Of a DNA stretch of 64,000 bases, positions 8,641 through 18,543 are shown piece by piece. A program made the translations under genes and the position numbers. The stretch lies in contig DASZSS010000245.1 in the NCBI GenBank assembly GCA_035548535.1, positions 483-64,482 of the forward strand, written 5' to 3'. How positions within the stretch are numbered: position 1 is the first letter of the stretch; the number at the start of each line of letters is the position of its first letter. The notes beneath the pieces are model-generated. The model was given only the letters and a program-made list of their open reading frames with translations, did not search any database and was not told where the DNA came from. Origin of the DNA: Steroidobacteraceae bacterium. GTDB taxonomy: Bacteria; Pseudomonadota; Gammaproteobacteria; Steroidobacterales; Steroidobacteraceae.

Positions 8641-11046
8641 TCAGCCCGTGCTGGAGGATTTCAATTGCGCGAGCGTCGCGCGCGCCTCGTCACGGCCTGC
8701 AAAGGAGCCGCCCTGCAGTGCGCTTTCGAGGTTAGTCCGTGCCTTGTCTAGCTGTCCGGCTTTGAACTGCGCCATGCCGAGGTGATAGCGAATGACCGGC
8801 GATTGCGGTGCGCGGTCCGCGGCGCGTTCGAGCACCGGCAGCGCGCCATCGAGATCACCGAGCTGCAACCGCACCCACCCGTGCGTATCGAGCAGAGCCC
8901 CGTTGTCGGAGCGCGCAAACGGCGCGGTCAGCTCGCGAGCGCGCGTAAGACTCGCCGGGTCCTTGCGATAGGTCGCGAGCAGCATGGCCAGATTGTTGGC
9001 CACCATCTCGAGCTTCGGATACTTCTTCCTGAGCGACTCGTAGGTCTGAATCGCCGCGTCGATGCGACCCTGCTGCTCGTAGAGCGCCGCTAGCGCGGTG
9101 GCGAGACGCGGCTCGTCGCGCGTCTCGCGCATGCCCGACTGATACGCCGCGATGGCGCCGTCCACATCCCGCGACGCGAGCCGCGTGAGCGCGAGGTTCT
9201 GATACGGCAGCCACCAGCGCGGCGCGCTCTGCGTTGCACTCGCGAAGTCTCGAGCCGCGGCGGCAAGATCGTGGGTTTGCAGGTGCAACTCACCGAGCAG
9301 ATTCCGAGCGATGGCGTTTTGCGGATCGGCATCAACCAGAGTCTGCACGCGTGCGATGGCTGCGGGCGCGCGGCCGCGTGTCACCTGCAATCGCGACAGC
9401 GCGGCAAGCGCATCGAGCGCGTTCGGTTGCAGTTTGAGCGCCTGCTCGAGATCCTGCTCCGCGTCGTCATAGCGCTTCTGTTCCTGAGCGATCAGACCTG
9501 CCAGGTACGGACCGACCGCGAGCTTCGGCGCTAACGTCCGCAGGTCGTCCGCCGACGTGCGCGCTGCCTCGAGATCCCCCTTCGCGAGATACGCGCGGGT
9601 CAATGCTTCGCGCGCCTGGGTATTCGTCGGAGTCTGCTTCACGGCCTCTTCCAGCAACGCGACCGCCTGCTCGGAGCGATTCGTCTGCATCAGGAGTTGC
9701 GCCAGCTCGACACGCGCCGGCATCTGCGTCGGCGCGGCGTCGATGGCGGCGCGCAGGTTCTCTTCCGCGAGCGCGGGCTCGTTGTTGGCGAGATGCGCGC
9801 GCGCCAGCGTGCGCAGGACCGGCACGGCGTTCGGCTGGTCCCGCAACACGGCGCGCAGGTCGGCAATCGCGGTCGCCGCGTCACCCCTGTCGAGCGCAAG
9901 ATTGCCGCGCAATGTCAGCGCGTCGTTGTCGCGGGGGCTCGCCTTCAACACCTCGGCAATCAGCGCCTCCGCCTCCGCGATGCGTCCTTGCGCCACGTCG
10001 ATCGCGGCGATGCGGTTGCGCGCGATCAGACCCTTCGGTCCGCTTTCCGCGTCCGCAACGATCTTGCGGTAGGTAGCGATCGCATCCTGGGTCGCGCCGG
10101 CGCGCTGCTGAAACGCGCCGAGGCCGAGCTGCAAGTCATAGTCGTGCGGATTCTTCGCGATGAAGTCGCGCAACGCACGCTCAGCTTGCTCGCGCGAGCG
10201 CTGGGAGCTCAAGAACTCCGCGTAGACGAGCTTCGCGTCGTCATCGTCCGGGACGGCCGCCAGCGCCTGCTGCAGCGTCTTCTCGGCGTCGTCGATACGC
10301 TTGTTTCGCACGTAGAACATCGCGAGCCGATAGCGCGCCGGCAGGTGCCGCGGCTGCAGCTCGATGACCTTACGAAGCTGCTCTTCGGCGCGCGCGAAGT
10401 CTCCCGCGTGGATGTACAAGCTGGCGAGAACTTCTCGCAGATCGACCGATGACGGAATCTTCTCCAAGGCGCCCGATACCAGCTCGATGGCGCGCGCCCC
10501 CTCGCCCGTCTGTCGGTACAGCGACGCCAGCAATGCCACGGCGCTCTCGTCGGCCGGCGCCAGTTGGACCGCGCGCTCGGCGTCCGCCAGTGCGCCATCG
10601 CGGTCCTTCGTCTGCAAGCGCGCGGCGCTGCGCACGGTGAGCAGTTGCGCCGAATCCGGATGCTTTTCGAGGCCGGGCTTCACCAGCTCGAGCGCGCGCT
10701 CAGGCGCGCCGCCGAACACGAAGATGCGCCCAAGACTCGCGCGCGCCGCCTCGTGATCCGGATTGCCGTCGATCGCCGCCTGATACATGCCGATCGCTTC
10801 GCGCACGTTGCCCAACTTCTCGGCTACGAGGCCGGCGCGATAACGCGCCTCCGCATCGTTTGGCGTGATCTGCAGCGCGTTCCGGAATTCGACGCGCGCC
10901 TTCTCGTAGTTCCCCTGGTCGAAGTACTCCTGACCGCGCTTCATGTGACTCAGGCGGCGGGCGTCCGCGCCGTCGCACGCGACGAGCGCCGTCGCCGTCA
11001 TGAGGACAACAAGAATTCGCAATGCTGTTAGGCGACGAACGCTCAT
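8641..11046 (-). CDS. prsT: PEP-CTERM system TPR-repeat lipoprotein (PrsT-type)
   Basis: 801 aa. The lipobox is ALVAC|DG, and TPR repeats run along the whole length. The gene lies in an operon with xrtA. Confidence 0.75.
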   Translation of the reverse strand: MSVRRLTALRILVVLMTATALVACDGADARRLSHMKRGQEYFDQGNYEKARVEFRNALQITPNDAEARYRAGLVAEKLGNVREAIGMYQAAIDGNPDHEAARASLGRIFVFGGAPERALELVKPGLEKHPDSAQLLTVRSAARLQTKDRDGALADAERAVQLAPADESAVALLASLYRQTGEGARAIELVSGALEKIPSSVDLREVLASLYIHAGDFARAEEQLRKVIELQPRHLPARYRLAMFYVRNKRIDDAEKTLQQALAAVPDDDDAKLVYAEFLSSQRSREQAERALRDFIAKNPHDYDLQLGLGAFQQRAGATQDAIATYRKIVADAESGPKGLIARNRIAAIDVAQGRIAEAEALIAEVLKASPRDNDALTLRGNLALDRGDAATAIADLRAVLRDQPNAVPVLRTLARAHLANNEPALAEENLRAAIDAAPTQMPARVELAQLLMQTNRSEQAVALLEEAVKQTPTNTQAREALTRAYLAKGDLEAARTSADDLRTLAPKLAVGPYLAGLIAQEQKRYDDAEQDLEQALKLQPNALDALAALSRLQVTRGRAPAAIARVQTLVDADPQNAIARNLLGELHLQTHDLAAAARDFASATQSAPRWWLPYQNLALTRLASRDVDGAIAAYQSGMRETRDEPRLATALAALYEQQGRIDAAIQTYESLRKKYPKLEMVANNLAMLLATYRKDPASLTRARELTAPFARSDNGALLDTHGWVRLQLGDLDGALPVLERAADRAPQSPVIRYHLGMAQFKAGQLDKARTNLESALQGGSFAGRDEARATLAQLKSSSTG

Positions 11047-11123
11047 CGGGTCGCTCGCTCGTTATGGTCTTCGAGGGAGACCCGACTGTAGGTACGCGGC
11101 GTGACGAGCGTATTACATCATCG

Positions 11124-12812
11124 CTACAGGTACGCGCGAGCGGCGATCAGGGCCAGCAGAGCCATCACACATGCGCGGGACACGGGGCGCTTGAAATCCA
11201 AGGTGAACAGAATCTCGGTCACGTACAGCAGCACGAGCGCCTTGCCAATGCCTTCGGAGAGGGCGGCAGGCAGCGCGAGCGAGCCGGGCAGATTCGGCAC
11301 GACGATCGCAATGAACACGATCAGCACGTCGAGCGAAGTCACTTCGAAGCGCTTCGCGGGCAGGAGCGCGAACCGGAGAAGAGCCGCGGCCGCCGCCACT
11401 CCGAGCAGGATCCACGACAAGTCCGACATCAACTGCGGTTTTGCAGGTGTCGTCTGATCGAGATACACAATGAGAACGACCCCGACATAGGCCGCAAGCC
11501 GCTCGAGCCAAGTGCCGGTGCGCGTGCCGCGCAGGCCGCTCGAAAGCGCCAGCAACGCAATCAACGCGAGGCAGAGCGTGCCGAGGTCCGCGCCCACCAC
11601 GCGACTCTGCGCGATGGCGATGGCGGCGTAAGCCAGCACGCCCACACTCATCGACCACACCATTGCCGTCGGAAAGCGCCCGACCAAGTTCTGCAGCGGG
11701 CGCGACCGTTCGGTGCCGCCCTCGCCGGCACTGTGGGCATGCGCACGCCACCCATGGCGGTCCGCGAGATGCAAAATCCCCAGCAACAGCCCCGCAAACG
11801 TGAGGAACACGCCGAGGATCACGGTGTCCTCTTCCAGCCGCAGGAAATAGACGAGCAGGAACAACTCGGCCTGCAAGAGGTACAAGATGGCCACAGCCTC
11901 GCCGTGTGAGAACCCGAGGCTCAACAGGCGGTGATGCAGGTGGTTGCGGTCGCTCGTGAACGGCGAACGACCCTGGCGCATGCGCCACACCATCACGGCC
12001 GCGGTATCGATGATCGGAATGCCGACGAGCAGCAGGGGCAGCGCGGCGCTCGCCGTGGACACCTCGTTTTGCGTGACGAGAATCGCCAGCACGCCGATCG
12101 TGAAGCCGAGCACCTGACTGCCACCGTCGCCCATGAAGACGCGCGCCGGATGCGTGTTGAAACGCAGGAACGCGAGGATGGCGCCGCCCTGTATCGCGGC
12201 CACGGTCATGACCATTACGTTGCCGCCGGCCGCCGCAAGCACTGCGATCCCGCAGAAGCAGAGCAGCGCGAGGCCGCCCGCAAGACCATCCAGGCCATCG
12301 GCGAGATTCACCGCATTCGTCACGCCGAGCAGGAACACGAACGTGAGGCCGGTCGCAAGCGCCGCGGGCAGCTCGATCGGCGCGCCGAGCGCGATGTTCT
12401 CGATCCGCACGTGTCCGACGAAAACGCAGAGACCCACCGCGAGCATCTGACCGGCGAACTTGACGCGGTAGTCGAGATCGACGCGATCGTCCCAAACGCC
12501 GACCGCGAGCAGCACGAGCACGCCGAGCAGCAAGCCGAGCAACTCAGAGGTCGGCTCCAGGACCAAGAGGCCCGGAACCAGAATTCCGCAGGCCATCGCG
12601 ATTCCGCCGATGCGCGGCATCGGCACGGAGTGAACCTTGCGCGGCCCCGGAGCATCGGTGAGCCCCAACGCCGGCGCAACGCGCGCCAGCAACGGAATCA
12701 AGATCGTCGTGATCGCGAGAGCCACGAAGAATCCGACGATGAGCTGAAAGGTGCTACGACCGGCGGTGGCCGCCGTTGCGAGTGTGCTGCTCGCAGGATC
12801 AATCGGGAACAT
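11124..12812 (-). CDS. WecA/MraY-family polyprenyl-phosphate HexNAc-1-phosphate transferase with ~220-aa C-terminal membrane extension
   Basis: 562 aa. Motifs are PRKVHSVPMPRIGGIAM, VWDDRVDL, NAVNLADGLDGLAGG and HLHHRLL. About six extra predicted TM segments follow residue ~340. The start overlaps the xrtA stop by 14 nt. Confidence 0.8.
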   Translation of the reverse strand: MFPIDPASSTLATAATAGRSTFQLIVGFFVALAITTILIPLLARVAPALGLTDAPGPRKVHSVPMPRIGGIAMACGILVPGLLVLEPTSELLGLLLGVLVLLAVGVWDDRVDLDYRVKFAGQMLAVGLCVFVGHVRIENIALGAPIELPAALATGLTFVFLLGVTNAVNLADGLDGLAGGLALLCFCGIAVLAAAGGNVMVMTVAAIQGGAILAFLRFNTHPARVFMGDGGSQVLGFTIGVLAILVTQNEVSTASAALPLLLVGIPIIDTAAVMVWRMRQGRSPFTSDRNHLHHRLLSLGFSHGEAVAILYLLQAELFLLVYFLRLEEDTVILGVFLTFAGLLLGILHLADRHGWRAHAHSAGEGGTERSRPLQNLVGRFPTAMVWSMSVGVLAYAAIAIAQSRVVGADLGTLCLALIALLALSSGLRGTRTGTWLERLAAYVGVVLIVYLDQTTPAKPQLMSDLSWILLGVAAAAALLRFALLPAKRFEVTSLDVLIVFIAIVVPNLPGSLALPAALSEGIGKALVLLYVTEILFTLDFKRPVSRACVMALLALIAARAYL

Positions 12813-14394
12813 AGCGCGTCAGAACCGGGGCCAGCACGCGAGCGAACTCTTGTAGCCGCGCATCCGCTTCGGAGTCGCGATCCATGACGACAGGCGTGGA
12901 CAGCCGCACCAGCGCACCGTCCGTGCGATTTCGCGTGAACGCGTCCACGAGGATGTACCACTTGAGCAGATACTCGTTCGTGATCACGCGGCCACGCTGC
13001 TGGAACCAGTAGTAGACGATCTGTCGCTGCTGACCGAGCTGGATCAGCACGCGATTCACGGTGAGCGCCCGTCCTCCACTGCCGGCTCCGGCGATGCTCA
13101 TCGGCGTGATGCTGACGATGCTCCAGCCGCCGCCCGGAATGCAGGACTTCGGCGAATGCGCCGACTCGCCCTGCCGCTGCGATTTGTACCACGCCGCATA
13201 CAGATTTACGGGCAGCGAGCTCGCAGGGCCGACGAAATCCGACATCAGGTAGTCGTCCAGCTTCAGGGCGTCGAGATACATCTGCTCGAGCGCCGTGCGA
13301 TGGCCCCTCCAGTCGCCGAGACGCGTTGGAAATTCGGCGAACTCGAGCCGCGTGGGATGGGCTTCCACGCGCTGGGGTAACAGCAGGCCGCACGCGAGGA
13401 TCAGGATCAACAGGCCCGCGCCGGCGACGAACGGCGTGCCGACCGAACGGTCGATGGGCGCCGCGCCCGCTGCCGCACGCGGCGGGGCGCTACCGCCGCT
13501 CAGCAAGTCCCGCCAATGAGTGCGGTCGCGCCCCAATCGCGCCAGCAGCGGCAACTCGAGCACCAGAATGGCGGAACAGATCATGAACATGATCCAGCCG
13601 TGGAGCTCGTGCACGAATCCCTCCGCCAGCGCGGGGCCCCAGTGCTCGACGGCAATACCGATGGTGCCGACGCGCAACGCGTTCATCAGGATGGCAAGCG
13701 GCACCGTCGAGGCGAACAGCACGAGGCGCTGCCACATTGCCGCGCGAAACATGCACGCCATGATGAAGCCGAGCGTCATCAGCGGGAACAGATAGCGCAG
13801 CCCGCTGCACGCCTCGGCGACCTGCAGTTGATAGACGCCGAGGTCGATCACGTTGCCTTCGAGGAATACGCTCACGCCGGCCAGCCGCATCAAGGCGACG
13901 CCCGCCTGCGAGGAGAACAACTGCAACTCGCCCGAAAACCGGTTCAGCAGAAAGTCCGGCAGCGGGATCATGAAGATCAGCAAGCCGAGCGGCAGCGCCA
14001 TCTCCCGCACTCCGCGCCACCCGACTGCCGCGAGCAGTAAACCGTAGATCGTCAGCACGAACGCGATCTGGCTCAGCGTGTAGATCGTGGTCAGCTCGCC
14101 GAGCATGTGTAACAGGGCCGCGCAACCGAGCAGCGCCGCGCCCCACCAGGAGCCGCGCCATGATATGGCTGCGAGGCACGCTCGCCGCTGCCACAACAGG
14201 TATCCGGAAATGGCAGGAATCAGCGGGCCGTGGCTGTATTCGTCCTTCGTCGTCCAGATCGTCCACATCCAGCCTAACGCGTCCCAAAACGCCACCGCGA
14301 TGGCGAGCGCGAGTGCGAGCGCGACGAGAATCCACAAGACGTGCCGCGGCCGCCAGGCCGCGAGAGACGGAACAGTGCTAATGATGGAATTCAT
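12799..14394 (-). CDS. xrtA: exosortase A fused to an EpsI-family domain
   Basis: 531 aa. The polytopic N-half carries the exosortase catalytic motifs AEACSGLRYLFPL (Cys), MNALRVGTIG (Arg) and HELHGWIMF (His). The C-half resembles EpsI (LGDWRG ... LYAAWYKSQRQGESAHSPKSCIPGGGW). Confidence 0.85.
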   Translation of the reverse strand: MNSIISTVPSLAAWRPRHVLWILVALALALAIAVAFWDALGWMWTIWTTKDEYSHGPLIPAISGYLLWQRRACLAAISWRGSWWGAALLGCAALLHMLGELTTIYTLSQIAFVLTIYGLLLAAVGWRGVREMALPLGLLIFMIPLPDFLLNRFSGELQLFSSQAGVALMRLAGVSVFLEGNVIDLGVYQLQVAEACSGLRYLFPLMTLGFIMACMFRAAMWQRLVLFASTVPLAILMNALRVGTIGIAVEHWGPALAEGFVHELHGWIMFMICSAILVLELPLLARLGRDRTHWRDLLSGGSAPPRAAAGAAPIDRSVGTPFVAGAGLLILILACGLLLPQRVEAHPTRLEFAEFPTRLGDWRGHRTALEQMYLDALKLDDYLMSDFVGPASSLPVNLYAAWYKSQRQGESAHSPKSCIPGGGWSIVSITPMSIAGAGSGGRALTVNRVLIQLGQQRQIVYYWFQQRGRVITNEYLLKWYILVDAFTRNRTDGALVRLSTPVVMDRDSEADARLQEFARVLAPVLTRYVPD

Positions 14395-14443
14395 AGTGTA
14401 GCGGCCGCCCGGATCGCCAGATTAAGACGAGCCGGTTGCAGAT

Positions 14444-15430
14444 ATGTTGCCGTCGCGTGCAACGAAAGCGTCACGCTCGCCGACTAGCATGCACGACCGC
14501 CTGCACGCTCCGCCCGCCGCGATGATCGACCGGATCTCCATCGTCGTTCCCACCCGCAATCGCGCCTACACGCTGCGGCAGGTCCTCGAGTCGCACTACA
14601 CCCAGGCGGAGGTCGACGAAATCGTCATCGTCGATGACGCGGGAACGGACGATACCGCGGCGCTGGTCGAGACATTCGCGCGGCGCTATCCGCACGTGCG
14701 CACGATCTATCACCGCAACTCGGGGCGCCAAGGTGCGGCGGGCTCGCGCATGACCGGCGTCCAGCGTTGCTCGAACGAGATCGTGCTCTTCTGCGATGAC
14801 GATGACTTCCTCGCGCCGGACTACGCGCGTACGTGCCGGCGCAAGATGGCCGAGACCGGTGCGGCCATCGTGTCGGGCCGCCACTTTTACAGGCTGCCGG
14901 GCGAGGCGTTGGACACAGCGGTGCGACGCTTCGGCAACGGCCTCAAGCAGCAGGCGCCGTTCGACATGCTGCGCTTCCGCCTCAATGGCGACGCGCGCTA
15001 CCCAGGCGATGTGGAATTGCCATTCACGCACGGCATCTTCATGGCGCGGCGCTCGCTGCTCCTGCACTACGGCTTCGACGCGTTTTACTGCAAGGGCAAC
15101 GGCTTTCGCGAAGAGAGCGATCTGCAGATGCGCGCCTTTCTCGACGGTCATCGCATCCTGGCGACGAACGAGACGCACGCGATCCATCTGCATCCATCCG
15201 AGGTTCGCGCCGGCGGCCAGCGCGTGAATCGGCTGCAGCGCTACTTCTGGACCGTCTACTACACGCGCTACTTTTACAGAAAGTACTTCGACCGCGCGCG
15301 CCGGAGGCTGCGCATTCCCTACTCCCGTACGGCTGCGATCGTGCTGTTCGCGCTCATCGAGGGCGCGGTGTTTTTCGTGCGGCCGCTGTTCGTGGCGCCC
15401 GCTCGCATCGCCGCCGGGTTACGGCGTTGA
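14444..15430 (+). CDS. family 2 glycosyltransferase
   Basis: 328-aa ORF. Likelier shorter starts are at 14489 or 14522 (MIDRISIVVP). Motifs are ISIVVPTRNR, IVIVDDAGTDDT and the DxD motif FCDDDDF. Confidence 0.8.
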   Translation: MLPSRATKASRSPTSMHDRLHAPPAAMIDRISIVVPTRNRAYTLRQVLESHYTQAEVDEIVIVDDAGTDDTAALVETFARRYPHVRTIYHRNSGRQGAAGSRMTGVQRCSNEIVLFCDDDDFLAPDYARTCRRKMAETGAAIVSGRHFYRLPGEALDTAVRRFGNGLKQQAPFDMLRFRLNGDARYPGDVELPFTHGIFMARRSLLLHYGFDAFYCKGNGFREESDLQMRAFLDGHRILATNETHAIHLHPSEVRAGGQRVNRLQRYFWTVYYTRYFYRKYFDRARRRLRIPYSRTAAIVLFALIEGAVFFVRPLFVAPARIAAGLRR

Positions 15431-15434
15431 AGCG

Positions 15435-16463
15435 GTGGCGCTCGTGAAGGTGTTGATCGTCACGCCCTATCGGGCTTGCACAGGCGGCGTCGAGTCGGTC
15501 AATCGCATGGTGCAGGCCATCTTCGAGGCCGACGGGCACGAGGTGGACTACCTCACCGCTGAAGACGGTGCCGGACCGGCAGCGAGCGTCGCGACGCGTC
15601 TGGCTCAGCGAGTCGTCGGCTTGCCCGCCGTGACGGCGGCCCGTTATCGGCGCGCGTATCACGCTCGCTACGATCTCGTGCTCGCGAACGGCGAGTTCGG
15701 TTGGGGCATCGATCATCCGAACCTCGTCTGCGTGTTCCATGGCTCTTATCGCGGGCTGCGGGATCATCTGCAGGCGCATCTCACGCCGCGCCAGTACGCG
15801 TCACTGTCCTGGCAGGCGCAAGTTCAGCGGCTCGCAGCGAGCAACAAGCGCGTCGTGGCGGTGTCGCGCTTCATCGCCGAGATTCTCGAGCGGCAAGGCA
15901 TTCGGGTGAGTCGCATCATCGAGAACTGCGTCGACACGGAGACGTTTCGCCCGGCGCTGCGGCGCGCGGACGCGCGGTCCTATCTGTTCGTCGGCAGCTA
16001 TCACCGCTTCGCGAAGGGGTTCGATGTGCTCGAGGAGCTGGCGGCAGCCGGCACGAACATCGATTGCGTGACCGATCGCCCGCCGGGCCGTGGGCTCGGG
16101 TTCCTCGGGCCGGTCCCCCACGCGCAAATGCCGCAGATCTATCGCCGCTACCGCATGCTGCTCTTCCCGAGTCGCTTCGAAGCGTTCGGCCTTGCACCCC
16201 TCGAAGCGTTGAGCTGCGGGTTGCCGGTCATCATGACGCGCGTCGGCATTGGCCGCTCACTCGCCACGGAAGTGCCGGAGTTCGTCGTCGATGCGTCGGG
16301 CACGAGGCATCTGGCGGCTGAATTCGCCGATCGCATCGCCGCCATCGAAGCGCGCTACGCGGAGTTTTCCGCGGCGGCGCGTGACTACGCCGTGCGTGCC
16401 CACTCGTATGCCCGATTTGCGCACGACTGGCGCACGGTTGCGCGCGAGGCGCGTGGATGCTGA
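15435..16463 (+). CDS. family 4 (GT-B) glycosyltransferase
   Basis: 342 aa with a GTG start 4 nt after the preceding stop. The E-x7-E region is LFPSRFEAFGLAPLEALSCGLPVI. Confidence 0.8.
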   Translation: MALVKVLIVTPYRACTGGVESVNRMVQAIFEADGHEVDYLTAEDGAGPAASVATRLAQRVVGLPAVTAARYRRAYHARYDLVLANGEFGWGIDHPNLVCVFHGSYRGLRDHLQAHLTPRQYASLSWQAQVQRLAASNKRVVAVSRFIAEILERQGIRVSRIIENCVDTETFRPALRRADARSYLFVGSYHRFAKGFDVLEELAAAGTNIDCVTDRPPGRGLGFLGPVPHAQMPQIYRRYRMLLFPSRFEAFGLAPLEALSCGLPVIMTRVGIGRSLATEVPEFVVDASGTRHLAAEFADRIAAIEARYAEFSAAARDYAVRAHSYARFAHDWRTVAREARGC

Positions 16464-17251
16464 GTTGGAACGTCGAGCGCGGCGTGATCCGCGAGCTGCG
16501 CAAGGACGGCACGAATCTCATTTTGCCGTGGGGAATCGAGACCGCCGATTCGTCCGGCTTCTTCTCGCTGGAGCCCGGTATCGGCTATCGCCACACCCGT
16601 CTCGCGGAGCACTCCCGCGCCGACGAGCGCAGCTCATCGACGCAAGCCCTGGTGGCGATGCCGGAAGGCTTGTGGAATCTCACGCTCGAAGACCGGATCG
16701 AAGCGAGCGACCTGATCTCGCGCACGGCCGCGCTCACGACCGTCGACGATACGGTGCTGATGGACTTCGTCGTCCGGCTGCGCTTTCGCAAGTCGCTGTT
16801 CCACACGGCGCATATCGCGGACCGGACGCTGGAGCACCGCGCTAGCGACGTCTACAACCAGTATCCGGTGCGCAGCGCCCGCCTGGATGGCCGCGACTTC
16901 TCGGTGCGCATCGATATCGAAGAGTCCCAATGCACGCCGGCGCTGGTGCCGATGCTCTACGTGCGCGACCACGCGGACGAGTGGATCGTGCATGCTCGCA
17001 TGATCCCTTGCCGCTATCACAAGGAAGTGATCAAGATCTGTAACGGCTGGGCTGGGACGCGTTCGCTGCCGCTCTGGCTTTCGCGTGCGCTGCTCGCCGT
17101 GCCGGGCGTACGTTCGCGGCTTTGGTACCGCAACGAGCGCCGGCCGTATCCACGCTTAATGCGCCGCCTGTTCAACCCCAACGCGTTTCCGCTGGCGCTG
17201 TTGCCGAAGGGCGAGTCGTTGCGATGGCGGCTGCGCGTGCAAATCGCATGA
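16457..17251 (+). CDS. hypothetical protein, EPS operon member
   Basis: 264-aa ORF whose start and stop overlap both neighbours (16457/16463 and 17248/17251). Third-position GC is coding-like. I recognise no motif. Confidence 0.55.
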   Translation: MLSWNVERGVIRELRKDGTNLILPWGIETADSSGFFSLEPGIGYRHTRLAEHSRADERSSSTQALVAMPEGLWNLTLEDRIEASDLISRTAALTTVDDTVLMDFVVRLRFRKSLFHTAHIADRTLEHRASDVYNQYPVRSARLDGRDFSVRIDIEESQCTPALVPMLYVRDHADEWIVHARMIPCRYHKEVIKICNGWAGTRSLPLWLSRALLAVPGVRSRLWYRNERRPYPRLMRRLFNPNAFPLALLPKGESLRWRLRVQIA

Positions 17252-18543
17252 GCCGTCCGTTGGTCGCAAACGTGCTGGCGTCGCTCGTCGACAAAGGCTT
17301 CAACATGGCGGCGACATTCGCGGCGACCGCTCTGACGGTGCGCCTGCTGCCGCGCGCGGATTACGGCATCGTCGGCGTCGTCGCCGGCTACGGCGTGCTG
17401 CTTCAGGTGCTCAACGTCGCGCTGGAAAACGCGATTCTGCGCGACCATCGGGACTACGCGGCGCATCCCGAACGGTTCTTGCTCAACTATCTCGTGTTCA
17501 GCGTGACCAAGGCGGCCGCCCTGATCCTCGTCGGCGTCGCGCTGGCGGGCGCGCTCGAAATGATCTATCCGCGCCCCGGGTTTGCATGGGCCGTCGGATC
17601 GCTCGTTGTGGTCACAATCGCGGATGCGCTCGTTGCTCCGCTCGTCATCTACGCCAGCACGCAGTATCGGCAGCAGCTCGTGACGTGGGTGAACATCGTG
17701 CGGTTCTCCTTGAACCTCCTGCTCGTGGCGGGCCTGCTGCTGTGGCCGTCGCTCGCGTACCTGCTCGTGAAGGACGTGGCGATGCTGTTCTTCACGGTCG
17801 CGATATGGGTCTTCGTCGCGCACCGCTCCCTGCGGCTGCGCTTTGCGACCGTCTCGATCCGAAGGCACCTCGATATCGGCTTCATGTATCGGGCGATGGC
17901 GCGCCAATCGATCTGGCTGCATCTGATCGGCATCGCAAACGTCTTCATGTATCGGGCGGACGCGCTGTTCCTGTCCTTCTACGCGCCACTGACGGTAGTC
18001 GGAAACTACAATGTCGCGCTTACGAGCGCCAACGTCGCGAACGTCGTCCCGGGGATTCTGGGCTATCAGAACACGGTGGCGATCTCGCGCATATCGGACG
18101 CGCGCCGCACGTTCGAGCTAACCGGCATGTTCTTACGTGTGTCGCTCTACGTCGGGCTTGCAACGCTGCTGGGCTTCATCGCCTTCGGCAAGCTCTACCT
18201 GCAACTGCTGACTGGCGAGCGAGACGTCGACACGCTGTACGGCTACATGCTCTGCATCGTCACCGGGCTCGTTATCGCGAAGACGCTGGTCTCGCCACTC
18301 ATCTCGTACGTGAACGCAAAGGGTGACGTGTGCGGCATGTTCGTGCGCGTAAACCTCCCGGCGCTACTGGTCAGCGCGTGCACGTACTACCTCGCAGCTC
18401 GCCTCTGGGGCGCACCGGGCGTGGCGGGCGCGAACCTCGTGAACGCACTCGTGTGGGTTGCGCTCATGCTTCTGGAGATGCGGCGCTATGGCTATGGCCT
18501 GCGTGCCTGGGCAGGAAGGGTCACGCATGACGCTCCCGCCTGA
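17248..18543 (+). CDS. Wzx-like polysaccharide flippase (MOP superfamily)
   Basis: 431 aa from the ATG at 17248, which overlaps the upstream stop as ATGA. The protein is polytopic (~12 hydrophobic segments) and starts MSRPLVANVLASLVDKGFNM, typical of polysaccharide biosynthesis protein families. Confidence 0.65.
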   Translation: MSRPLVANVLASLVDKGFNMAATFAATALTVRLLPRADYGIVGVVAGYGVLLQVLNVALENAILRDHRDYAAHPERFLLNYLVFSVTKAAALILVGVALAGALEMIYPRPGFAWAVGSLVVVTIADALVAPLVIYASTQYRQQLVTWVNIVRFSLNLLLVAGLLLWPSLAYLLVKDVAMLFFTVAIWVFVAHRSLRLRFATVSIRRHLDIGFMYRAMARQSIWLHLIGIANVFMYRADALFLSFYAPLTVVGNYNVALTSANVANVVPGILGYQNTVAISRISDARRTFELTGMFLRVSLYVGLATLLGFIAFGKLYLQLLTGERDVDTLYGYMLCIVTGLVIAKTLVSPLISYVNAKGDVCGMFVRVNLPALLVSACTYYLAARLWGAPGVAGANLVNALVWVALMLLEMRRYGYGLRAWAGRVTHDAPA

